NCBI GenBank assembly: GCA_001179505.1
Contig: CDMY01000285.1
Coordinates: 71,076-135,075, forward strand
Length of the DNA stretch: 64,000 bases
From: Vitrella brassicaformis CCMP3155
Taxonomy: Eukaryota > Protista > Chromerida
Direction of reading: 5' to 3'
Positions 51,341 to 62,462 of the stretch are shown here, piece by piece (the stretch's first letter is position 1; each line of letters opens with the position of its first letter). The notes under the pieces are model-generated. The model was not told the DNA's origin, ran no database searches, and worked only from the letters and a program-made list of their open reading frames with translations. Both the position numbers and the translations under genes were made by a program.

Positions 51341-52561
51341 TCACTCGGTCCTCTTAGTCCACTGGGCGTGCAGGTGGTGCAGCAGAATCCCACACGCCAC
51401 ACCCACATTCAGACTGTCCAGCAACACACCCCCACCCCCACCACCACCATCCCCCCTGTGTAATAATGGTGCCCCCCTGATCTCCACCAAAGTATCGCAG
51501 CACCCCAAGACGCTCCTCCGCACACCACTGCCTTCATTGCCCAGCACCAGCAGCACAGGACGGCTGTCGTCCAACTTTCCCCAGGACACCTCATCCACAC
51601 CAACTACGCTAACACCCGGCAAAAGTCCACCATCCACCCTTGTCCTCCCCTCATCACTCCTTCCCCCATCCTTCTCTCCCTCGCTGTCAGTTTCCCCCTC
51701 GCTCACCGCCGCCCCGATGAGCCGAAAGCCCCTGGCCTGGGACTGCTGCAGGAACCGACCGATATTCTCTGTCTGCGTCAGCTGGATCAGCTCCATCGCA
51801 CCAGCCGAGGCCTTGGAAGCGGCCGGGGTCGGCCGGGCGGACGAGGACGACTGCAGCACCACTGAGGAAGCGCCGAAGAAGTAAGCCGACCTGCAGATGG
51901 AACCCAGGTTGCCCACGTCCGCCACCTGGTCCAGCACTATGTGCAGGGGCATCGTTTGGGTTTGGGTGGTGCCGCTGTCGTCATGTGGCTGCGGTGTGAG
52001 CCATGGGATGGCGGGGAGGGGGAGGGGGGAGGCGCACAGAGCCACCCCCTGGTGTGCGCGGTCGCCTGTCAGGTCGTTCAGCACCACCCTGGGGCACCAC
52101 CTCACCGCCACGTCAGCCTCCTCAGCAGCTCCCAATAGATCGACCAGGCCACCCCCGCTCTCAGCTGACGTGCCACTGTAACGGAGGCTGTCCTGCACCA
52201 GCAGCTCATAGGCAGTCCGCCGCCGTGCCCGCAGCGCCGCATACACCACGTTCCGCCCATATAGCAGCTCCGTCCCAGCGGGGAAGGGCGAGTCACCACC
52301 ACCACCACCACCACCAGGGTGCGAATCCTCCTCTCTCCATCTTGCTGAGCCTCTCGCGTCGTCGTCCTCCTTCCTCCTCTGCTGAGATCTCCTCCTTTGC
52401 ACACCAGCTGGCCTTGCATCATGCTGCCGTCGGAAGGCGCGGAGGGGCGGCGATGGGTCAGGGGTGCGGTGCCCCAGCTGAGAGGGCAGGAAGGCCTCTC
52501 GTGACGAAGCCACAACTGTCACGGCTGCCATCGAAGCGCTGAACAGCGCCTTGATCGCCAT
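51341..52561 (-). CDS. MRM1: Intronless SpoU/TrmH-family rRNA 2'-O-methyltransferase (MRM1/RlmB type), organelle-targeted
   Basis: ELLYGRNVVYAAL, HQGVAL, LDQVADVGNLGSICRSAYFFG, ASKASAGAME, LVLGNEGSG, DSLNVGVACGILL; probable start at ATG 52561. Confidence 0.88.
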   Translation of the reverse strand: MAIKALFSASMAAVTVVASSREAFLPSQLGHRTPDPSPPLRAFRRQHDARPAGVQRRRSQQRRKEDDDARGSARWREEDSHPGGGGGGGDSPFPAGTELLYGRNVVYAALRARRRTAYELLVQDSLRYSGTSAESGGGLVDLLGAAEEADVAVRWCPRVVLNDLTGDRAHQGVALCASPLPLPAIPWLTPQPHDDSGTTQTQTMPLHIVLDQVADVGNLGSICRSAYFFGASSVVLQSSSSARPTPAASKASAGAMELIQLTQTENIGRFLQQSQARGFRLIGAAVSEGETDSEGEKDGGRSDEGRTRVDGGLLPGVSVVGVDEVSWGKLDDSRPVLLVLGNEGSGVRRSVLGCCDTLVEIRGAPLLHRGDGGGGGGGVLLDSLNVGVACGILLHHLHAQWTKRTE

Positions 52562-52804
52562 CAAATGTGCCGTTTTCTTTCTGCTCGTCACCGAGCACTC
52601 AATGCCACACTCATTCAATGAGTCGGTAGCGTCTTTCCTTCGGTAACAAAGCTCGCATTGCTCGATCCTGCGAGAGTCGTGAGATCTGGAAGCCGAAGGG
52701 GTGGAGGCCTCCTCAGGCCCTCTCTGTGTCGTGCGTCGAGCCGTCTGCTGACTAGTTTGGTTCTCGAGCTCTTTCTTGTGGCGCTTCAATCCGGTGTTGT
52801 GAGA

Positions 52805-52986
52805 ATGTCTGGAGGCGGGAGGGAGGGTGAGGTGCCGCACATCGACCGACTGCTGCGGGAAATCAACGAGTGGAAGTCGCAGGTGGAGAGGGAGCGGGCC
52901 GACCACATATTCGAAAAAGCTGAGCTAGAGGTAGGTACCCACACGACGGGAATGCATCGACGATGGATGGATGGATGGATGGCGCG

Positions 52987-53037
<51 letters not shown>

Positions 53038-56000
53038 TGGGTGTGATGCTGTCTGCGCTGTGTTGACGGCAGCGAGGCAAAGAGATAGATAGCTTCTATC
53101 GTTTGTCCATGCTGGTCTCCGGTCTTGTGTGTGTTGTGTTGTGTTGCGTTGTGTTGTGTTGTGCGTCTGTCTGTTGTGTGTGGCTTACATATTCCCTTCC
53201 TTCCTCCTGCCAGCACCAGGTAGCCTTCCTTCGGGGTCGTTTGAACGGCCAGCAGAGCCTCAACGCCGACTTAGTCAGGCGAATACGCATGCTCGAATTC
53301 GCACTCAGACAGGAAAGGTGGCAAAGGGACACAGGGACACACACCGACGCGCGTGCTGACGGGATGTCGTATCCATCGTCGCATCGTCCCTTTGGTGGTT
53401 TCTTGGTGTCTGTCAGGGTCAAGTATGCGCGGCTCGCTCAGCACTTTGCAGAGCGCGAGAGGGGCGCCTTCCCTCCCGTAAGCAGCCAAACAAACCAAAC
53501 CAAACCAAACCACACACGAGAACAGACAGACAGACAGACGGGCATCGATCGTTCCCACATAGACGCATTTTTTCTCTTTCTCCCCCCTTGTGTGTGCTGT
53601 GCGTCAGAGTGACCCTGGCCCGTCCTCTGGTCCCCCCCGTCCGCCGCGACCCGACAGCGACAGCGACCACGACGGACACAACGGCCCCCGGCCGTCCCGC
53701 ACCTCTCTCACACACGCCAGACCCGCCAAACAGACTCAGCTGCAGCCCAGGCCATCACCCGCCACACACGGTGGTCACGCGGCGGCAGGCCCAGCCACAA
53801 AGGCCGCCACCCCCAGCGGCCCCAGTGGTGCATCGGTGGACGGTGAGCCTGACGGCGGTACTGCTGCTGCTGGTGGTGGTGCTGGTGGTGGTGGTGGTAC
53901 GGTTCCTGTGCCTGGCGAGGGCGAGAGTGAGGGCATGGAGGTCATTGAGCCCGGCAGCAAGCAGCTGCAACAGCAGCTCCAGCAGCAGCAGGAGGACCGG
54001 CGCGTCCCACTGAGTGGTCTTGGTGGCGGTGGGGTGGATGAGGACACACACGACGAGGGTGAGAGGCTGGACGGCGACACGATGATGGGTCAGCAGGAGA
54101 GAGAGGGGCAGCTGGAGGGTGGTGGAGGTGACCGTGATCGTGATCGTGAAGACGATGGGCCTCACCCGCACTCCCACCCTCATGAGCATGAGCATGACAA
54201 TGGCGTCGAGGACGACAATGGCGTGGCTGAGGGGGAGGGCCTCCGGCGCCAGTTTGACGAGGCCTGGGAGGAGGTCGCACGGAAGGTCCCGCAGATGGCC
54301 GATACGCTACGTAAGCTGGGCGGACCAACGACGTGCTTGTATCTCTCTCTCTGCGTCCTGTCTTGTCATTCCCTCGTTTCTCTGTGTCGGTCGGTCGGTC
54401 GGTCCGTCTGTCAGAGTCTCTGAGTTTGTTGCGGTATTTTAAAGGCCTGCTGCCGACGAAGCGCTGCCGTAGCAGCCTGCTCATACTCAGAAAGTGCGCA
54501 CCCCACCGCACACACACACGGACACAGAAGCCGACACACACACGACACGACAGGAGGCCGCTGTGTGTTGTGTGTGGTCATTCAGTTTCCTGCGCAACGA
54601 TGGCAACTTGGACAATGACGAGCTGCTCAAGAAGCTGCTCGAGAGCATCAAACGTAAGGGAGGGAGCCGGCAAGGCAAAGGGCAGAGAGGGATGGTGTGT
54701 GGTGGTGGATGTGATGTGTCTGGCTGGTATGGTTGGTATGGTGTAGAGGAGTTTGAGGGCGAGATCCCCGAAGTGCTCACCTGGAGCGAGGAACAACGAA
54801 TGTACCCAGAGCACCAAAGCACCCACCCGCAGCACCAAAGCCACAGCGCTGATGCAACACTGTCTGTCTGTCTCCCTCTGAACCCTCTGTGTGTCGATCG
54901 TATCTATGGATCAGCCGCAGCGCCGAGGCCTTCGCCGGCATGCCCGTGCCAGCCGACTACCAGAGTCAGCCACCTCAGAGGACACAACAAACATACACGC
55001 TCTCTGTTCCCTCTTGTGTGTTTCAGCTCTTCAGTCGCTCCCCGAGCTCGGCGGCATCATCCGCGTCAACACCGCCCAGCCGCCACCGCAGTACATCCAC
55101 ACACACGCCGCCGCCGCACACACCCTCATGCAGGCTCAGCAACAAGCACAGCAGCAGGCCCAACAGCAACAGCAGCAGCAGCAACAGCAGCAGTCCCCCC
55201 CCTCCGCCCTCTCCCAAAGCAGCACAGGCAGCTCTCCCTCATCGCGACACCAGCAGCACCAGCACCAGCAGCAGCAACAGCAGCAGCAGCAGCAGCAGCA
55301 GGGCGCGGAGGCCGCCGCGGGCTCATCTTCATCTGCTGCTGGTGGTGTCAGTGTGATGGCCATGGGCGAGGGGCCCCATGCCAGCTACCCGGTCATTGTG
55401 AAGGAGACCGTCATTGGCGACGATAAGAGCGGCGGGGGATTCACCTTACTCACAAGCGAGAGGGACAGAGACAGAGACGGGGAGAGAGAGGGGGGCGAAG
55501 AGCAGGCGGCTGCTGCTGCTGCACCTCAGGCGGCTGCCCAGCAGCAGCAGCAGCAGGGTGTGCGTGAGGGGGGGAGCCGTGCGCAGGGTCCGCCGGCGGT
55601 GATGCAGTGGCGCAGCCAGACGGTACTGCGGACGCACCTCGACGGCGTCAGGACCATTGCCTTCGACGGCGACAACTTTCTCCTGTTCTCGGGAGCTGAC
55701 GTGAGCATGGGGGAGGGGGAGAGGAACGCCGATCATTCATCACGGTTTTCTCTCTCTCTCTCTCCTGTTTGCTGTGTTGCACTTAGGATGGCATGGTGAA
55801 GGTCTGGGATGTGAGCTTCATCGACCCCAAACAGACGCCCTCCACCAGACAGACGGTGACAGTCACACTCACACTCACCACAGCAACACAGTCAGCACAT
55901 CTATGTGTGGCTCGTCTGAAATGATGTGCTCTGTCTGTCTGTCTAGGATCGGCAGCAGGATCGGCAGCAGCAGCAGCAGCAGGGTCAGGGTCAGGGGCAG

Positions 56001-57264
56001 CAGCAGGGCGGCCGCGGCGAGCAGCCCGAGATGGAGCCATACATGTCACACAGAGGACACCACGGTACACTCACACGCCGNNNNNNNNNNNNNNNNNNNN
56101 NNNNNNNNNNNNNNNNNNNNNNNNNNNNNNNNNNNNNNNNNNNNNNNNNNNNNNNNNNNNNNNNNNNNNNNNNNNNNNNNNNNNNNNNNNNNNNNNNNNN
56201 NNNNNNNNNNNNNNNNNNNNNNNNNNNNNNNNNNNNNNNNNNNNNNNNNNNNNNNNNNNNNNNNNNNNNNNNNNNNNNNNNNNNNNNNNNNNNNNNNNNN
56301 NNNNNNNNNNNNNNNNNNNNNNNNNNNNNNNNNNNNNNNNNNNNNNNNNNNNNNNNNNNNNNNNNNNNNNNNNNNNNNNNCCCACACACACTCACACACC
56401 CAGGCGGCTCGTTGATTTGGTGGTTTCCCCTCCCCGTCTGTGTGTGTGCAGGGTCTGTGCTGTGCATAAGCTATCACGCCAAGGACAAGCTGCTCTACAC
56501 GTACACACGGCAGAAGAGAACAAGGCAGACACACAACACACGCTGCAGCAGAGAATAAATGGCCTTTATCTGTCTGTGGGGTGCAGTGGCGGCTATGACG
56601 GCCACGTGCACCTGTGGAAGATCCCCGAGCCGTGGGAGTTTGACGCTTACACAAACGAAATATTCTGTAGGCCAGGCCAGGCCACACACACACCACCCAC
56701 ACCCACCACTCGCCACTCACACGAGTGAGGCCACTGTGTTCCCTCCCTCCCTCCCTCCCTCTGTCTGTCTGTCTGTCTGTCTGTCCACTCCCTCCCTCCC
56801 AGCGCTGCAGCTGCCTTCGTGGAAGGGCCACACCGAGCCGATATGGTCGATCAGCCTCGCTCAGGAACATGTGGGTGGCTGCACACACACCGATATGACC
56901 ACTCGTTCTGTCTCATGTGGTGTTTTTCTGTGTGTGTGTGTGTGTGTGCTTGTTTGTTTCCACCCACCAGGATGCCATGGCGACTGCGTCGTCCGACGGC
57001 ACCATCCGGCTGTGGGCCATGGCCCCGGACGACCCCGTCATTCTGCAGACTGAGACTGATACCAACACAGGTCTGTCTGTCTGCCACCCCACAGCACACA
57101 ACACATGGCAGATCGACAAATGTGTGTGTGTGTGTGTGTGTGTGCAGATGAGTGTGACATTCCGACAATGGTGATGTGGGCGCCCTATCTGACCGGCGGG
57201 CTGCTGGCCGGCTACCTCTCGGCTTCACTCAGGCAGTGGGACCCGATGCACGTACCCAACCTGC

Positions 57265-57295
<31 letters not shown>

Positions 57296-58276
57296 TTCCT
57301 CTGAAATGGCTTACATCTCTGTGGGTGTGTGTCTGTGTGCGTGTGGTTGCAGCAACGTTGCGTGGCCCTGATTGACACGGGTGGTGACGACGACGGCTCG
57401 GCGGGCGTCAACACCATCGATGTCGCTAACAGCTCCTATGGTGACGGACGGACTGACGGACTCAAGACTGACTGATCGACTGACCACTGAACCATCCCAC
57501 CCCTCCGATCATCTCCTGTGCTGTTTGTTGTGTGCAGCCCTTGTTGGCCACACGGATGGCTACGTGCGGGTCTTCGACTTTGCCAAAGGTAAGTGGATCG
57601 GTGGTGGAGGAGATGTGGATCACCCTCTCTGTCTCCCTCTCCCTCTGTGTGTGTGGTGGGGTTTGCTGTCCTGTCACGCTGGCCAGGGGAGTGCCACACG
57701 TTTGGTGAGCAGCACCCCGACGCAGTGACGTCCATCAGCATCGACAGAAGGGGCGGCTGCCTCTACGCCACGGCCTGCCACGACGGTAGGCACACACACA
57801 CACACACAGACAGATGCATCCCAGCGTGTGTGTGTGTGTCTGTCTGTCCGCAGGGGCGGTGCGGTTCTACGACGTGAGGAAACCGGGGCTGCCCATCGAG
57901 CAGCCGCTGCAGGTCTGAGTGGGGACCGGCACGCACTCCACTCTTCGTGTGTGTCAATGAATGCTGTGTGCCCTCTCTCTCCCCCTGTGTCTGTGTGTGT
58001 GTGTTAGATCCACAAGCGGAAGGGCGACGAGGGCTGCCACTGCGTCCTCTTCAACCCCATGACCACACCGCCACAACTCGGTAATAAGCAGGCAGACAGA
58101 CAGACAGACAACACACCGACATGAGATAGATGAGAGATGAGCCCCCACTCGACCATGTGAATGTGTTGCTGTGTGGCGCCATGCACACACACACACACAC
58201 ACAACCACACGCAGGTCTGATGGTGACTGGAGGTGCCGACTCGCTCATCAACCTCTTCTGCACCAACCCCGACTGA
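52805..58276 (+). CDS. STRN: Striatin (STRIPAK scaffold): N-terminal coiled coil, polyQ linker, WD40 repeats
   Basis: EKAELE|HQVAFLRGRLNGQQSLNADLVRRIRMLEFALRQER; LRTHLDGVR, GHTEPIWS, ASSDGTIRLW, TGGADSLINLF; stop 58274-58276. Spans the gap at 56081-56380. Confidence 0.93.
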
Positions 58277-59226
58277 CTGACAGACCGACCGGCCGATCTG
58301 TTGTGGCCGCCTCTCTCCCTCTCTCCCTCGCTCTCTCTCTCTCCCTCTGGTCTGGTCTGCTTGGCTGTCTTGTGTTTTGTTGTGTCCGTCGGAGGCTTGC
58401 TTGTCTCGTTGGCTGGTTGGTTGTAAGTAGGGGATGGATGTGTNNNNNNNNNNNNNNNNNNNNNNNNNNNNNNNNNNNNNNNNNNNNNNNNNNNNNNNNN
58501 NNNNNNNNNNNNNNNNNNNNNNNNNNNNNNNNNNNNNNNNNNNNNNNNNNNNNNNNNNNNNNNNNNNNNNNNNNNNNNNNNNNNNNNNNNNNNNNNNNNN
58601 NNNNNNNNNNNNNNNNNNNNNNNNNNNNNNNNNNNNNNNNNNNNNNNNNNNNNNNNNNNNNNNNNNNNNNNNNNNNNNNNNNNNNNNNNNNNNNNNNNNN
58701 NNNNNNNNNNNNNNNNNNNNNNNNNNNNNNNNNNNNNNNNNNNCCCGCCACAATTGACGTGCGACGAGTGCATGAGGAGCCGTCCGTCCGTCCTGAGTGC
58801 ATCGATCCTATCTACCTGGTTGGTGTGTAGCTAGCCGGCCGATCTATCGATCGATTGGGGGGAGGGAGGCATCACGATGACAGACAGCATGGTGTGACAT
58901 GTTGTATGTGTGTGGGTGTGGGTGTGGGTGTGGTGTGACTCGACTCGGCCGGCCTCCATGTATGTGATTGTGTGTCGACGTCCATTCAATGGTTTTCTCC
59001 TTGTCTGTCTGGTCAATTACACACTACGGACGGGGACACGCACACGCACTCACAGGGGGACAGAAGGAGAGAGAGAGCGAGAGTGGATAAACGCCCCAGA
59101 CTGTTTGACAGACCTGCAATTCACTCACACACATCAGTCAGGCCACTTAGTCAGTCCTCCGCACCAATACAAAACACTCAGACGCAGGCAGGCAGGCTTA
59201 AGCGGTCTCACAGACAGAGCGCGATT

Positions 59227-59307
59227 TGTCAGTGAGGCTTGGCGCCTCATGACGCCGACGCCCCACGCCCCGCTAGGCGTCATGAGGCGCGCCAAGCCTC
59301 ACTGACA
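59227..59307. other. Intergenic inverted repeat: 30-bp stem, 2-nt bulge, 19-nt loop
   Basis: tgtcagtgaggcttggcgcctcatgacgcc (59227-59256) pairs with ggcgtcatgaggcgcgccaagcctcactgaca (59276-59307). Confidence 0.9.
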
Positions 59308-60071
59308 GGTACGTATACGCAGCTAGGTGGTCCGATCGAGAGAGAGAGATGCAATCAAAACGGCCGGCCACATGACATGCAGGTGACATGCAATGCATCA
59401 TTCACGGCCTTCCAGCACATGGAGCGGGTGGAGCGGACACACAATTCAACTCAGTCAGTCAGTGCTGCTTGGACGGTCGAGAATATGATGCAACCAAAAA
59501 GATCTCCGTCTCTCTCTCTCTCTGTCTCTGTCTCTGTCTCTGTCTGTCTGTGTGTGTGTGTGTGTGTCCTTCGACAAACACTTTGACGGCTGCCGCCATA
59601 GTGGTCGAGGCGCACGCCATAGGACACCATCACACCAACACTGACTGCACATCGAGCGAAAAAATCTTCCTGCCCCATGACCCAGAGGATATGCATCAGC
59701 TCCGCCCACATAGTCCGCCCGCCACACCCAGCTGTCTGTGCCAAATCCGCCCCTTGGCGAGCGAACTAGCCAGAGTCCATCGACGGCGTCGCCCCACGCT
59801 GAACACATGCACAAACGAGTCGGGCCTGCCTCGCCCGCGCTCCATGAACGGCCTCGCCCCCGGCCCACTTGAAAGAGACCATGACCCAGGTTTGCTGTCT
59901 GTGAGCAATGTCCTGTGAGTTGCAGCGACATGAGTACCTCTCTCTCCTTCTCCCCCACCGCGTCCCTTCTCGTCACCCCCAAACACACACACACACACCC
60001 CGCCTGGCACCCCACAGGCGTCAATCAGACTCGGCCACGCCACGTGGCACCACAGACCATCCCAGCACTAC

Positions 60072-62367
60072 CTACTCCTCCACTTCATCATCCATTTCAT
60101 CATCCTCACTGACCTCCTCCCAGCTGTCGCTGTCGTCATCGACTGCATCATCACACCCGCTAGCCGCCGCTGGTGGTGGTGGTGGTGTGGGCTGCTGGGT
60201 CGATGGTGTGGGCTCCTGGGTCGATGCTGGCGCTGGTGTTGCTGGTGGTGGTGGCGGTGGTGGTGGTGTGGTGGGCTGCTGGAGTGCGGCCCCCAGCTGC
60301 TGCCATGTGAACTGGCAGTCGGCATCGCCTAGGTGGGCGTTGAAGCCCTTGACCACACCCGGCACGCCCCACTTGGCCACCTCGTCCAGAACGGCCCGAT
60401 GTACCACCTCACGCAGACCGACACGACCAGCAGTGTGCACCGCATGAGCAAGACGGCCGTCGGCACCCTCGAGCACGAAGCACTGCAGCGGCACACGCAC
60501 CACCTGGCCGCCCACATCGGCCGTCCCGCCCACCACCTCCCTGTTGCTGCTGGCCTTACACACCGCCGAGCGGACGAAGTGCTCCGCCGCCGCGAACACA
60601 CGCCGGGCGAGGACGCTGTGCCGCATGCCCATGGCCTCGGTGATGGCCTCCTTGGCGGCAGCCATGTCGAAGAGGTATGACGCGATGCGCCAGCCGAAGA
60701 CGGGGGCCTCCTGCGGGCCGACGGACAGCCGGGGGGTCAGAAGTGCCGCGAAGGAGCGGTGGGGGGCGATGGCGGCGTTGACGGCCGCCATCACGGCGAT
60801 GGGCAGCTCATTGAGTACTGCCGCGTACTCCGTCAGCACCAGCCGGCGCTCACGGCGGCCCTCCTGTGTGTCTGTGGGAATGCTGCTGATGTCGGCTCCC
60901 GCCCGCAGCAGCGTCCGGATGGTCAGCTTGCACCCGCGATACCGGTCCTTAGTCTGCTCGGATGTGTCGGGGTCCTGAATCTGCTCGGTGAGGTGACTGA
61001 GGTCGCCGGCAGCTGTGGCGAGTGGTGTGTCGGTGCCGAGGATGTTCCGCTTGTTGATGTCGTCGGCAGTGGGCAGCTTCCGGCACAGGTAGCAGGCCAA
61101 GTAGGGATGGCCAGACTCTGCCGCCCAATGCAGCGGCGTCCGTCCAGTGATGTCCTCTGCCGCGATGTCGGCCCCGTGCTCTGCGATGAAGTTGAGGTAG
61201 CCGTCGATGAAGGACTGAGGATGGTGCTCCCCCGCCCGCATGGCCGCCATGTGCACCAGGTTGGTGCCATTGTCGTCTTGTACGATGGCGAGGGTGGGGT
61301 CGCGCTGGATGAGCCGCTGGTACATCGACAGCAGGGCCCTCAGATAGTCGTCGGGGGGCTGACGCAGGGCACAGGGGAGCACCATCACCCACTGCACGCG
61401 CCCGTCGGACGTCTCGGCCAAATCAATGCCATCCTGCACCATCAGCACGTCGAATGCCTTTTCATTGCCGGATGCGACCGCCACGTAGAGGGGCATGCTG
61501 TCGTCGTCATCGACTGCCGCGTCGATGTCGGCGCCTCCGTCGAGCAGTGCAGTCATGATGTCCTCCTGCAGCTGATCGGACGACCACTGGGGCAGGGCAA
61601 CGGGACGCTCCAGTAGTATCTGTCCACTGGGGCCACCGTCATCATGTCCTGCGCGGATGGTTCTGATGGTGTAGCCCGACTTGTCGTCAATGCTGAGAGC
61701 CAGCAGCGGGTGGGCAGTGCCGGGACACTTGCTGCCCTTCTTGCGCAGTCGAGGGATGACATTGACGTCGGCGTCCCGCTCGATGAGGCCGGTCACTTGC
61801 TGTGGGCTCGTGCTGGTGCGGCCAATGATACCCACTGCCAGGTCCTTGGTAGCGTCGCTCGTGCCCACGGGGAACACAGCCTCGATCTCATCCGCCGCCA
61901 AACAGCCGTCCGGCACAGCTACCGAATTGGCCGCCCCCGTGGGAATGGCCACACCTGCAACACACACAGCCACCACACGACGGACAGAGTGAATGAGTGT
62001 GTGCGCGGATCGCATTCTCTGTCTGTCTGTCTGTTTGGCGTCTGTACCTTCCTCCTCATAGTCGACACTGTCCGCGTCGCTGTCGTCATCGTCGTCCATG
62101 TCCATCCACCCCCCGTCGTCGCCAACGACCTCCTGCAGACCATCCTGACACAAGAAGAGAGCGGCGAGTGAGTCAAATCACATCCACTGTTGTGTTGGTG
62201 AATGAGATGAGTGCCTCACCGGTTCATCCCCCTCGACGGCCATCTCGTCGTGCATCCCACCACCCTGCTGCTGCTGCTGCCCGTCTGAAGACAAACACAT
62301 CCGGCCACATATGATGGACAACGTGCTGCTGCTCGTGTCGTGTTGTCCGGGGCTGACCGTCAGCCAT
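60072..62367 (-). CDS. Lineage-specific ankyrin-repeat family protein (intact paralog)
   Basis: Short 5' exons (MADDGQQQQQ..., acidic) plus one ~1.9-kb exon. Ankyrin motifs MPLYVAVASGNEKAFDVL and GRTPLHWAAESGHPYLACYLC; shared C-terminal GPQEAPVFGWRIASYLFD domain. Confidence 0.85.
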
Positions 62368-62462
62368 TGCTGCCTTCAAAAATTACCGGTGAAGATGCCC
62401 GTCATCGCTGGGGGAAAACTGCAGGGTTTGAACCCTGCGGCTTAAAACCCTGCCAAAGGAGA

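Larger units (their letters stand above)
927..58743. other. Seven assembly gaps of exactly 300 N (927-1226, 13061-13360, 18786-19085, 21582-21881, 35167-35466, 56081-56380, 58444-58743)
   Basis: Counted directly; the uniform length indicates placeholder gaps. Confidence 0.95.

Noticed and set aside
59388-59918. 176-aa ORF between the hairpin and the ankyrin gene
   Set aside because: No recognisable motif, it crosses a microsatellite, and no consistent splice model was found.
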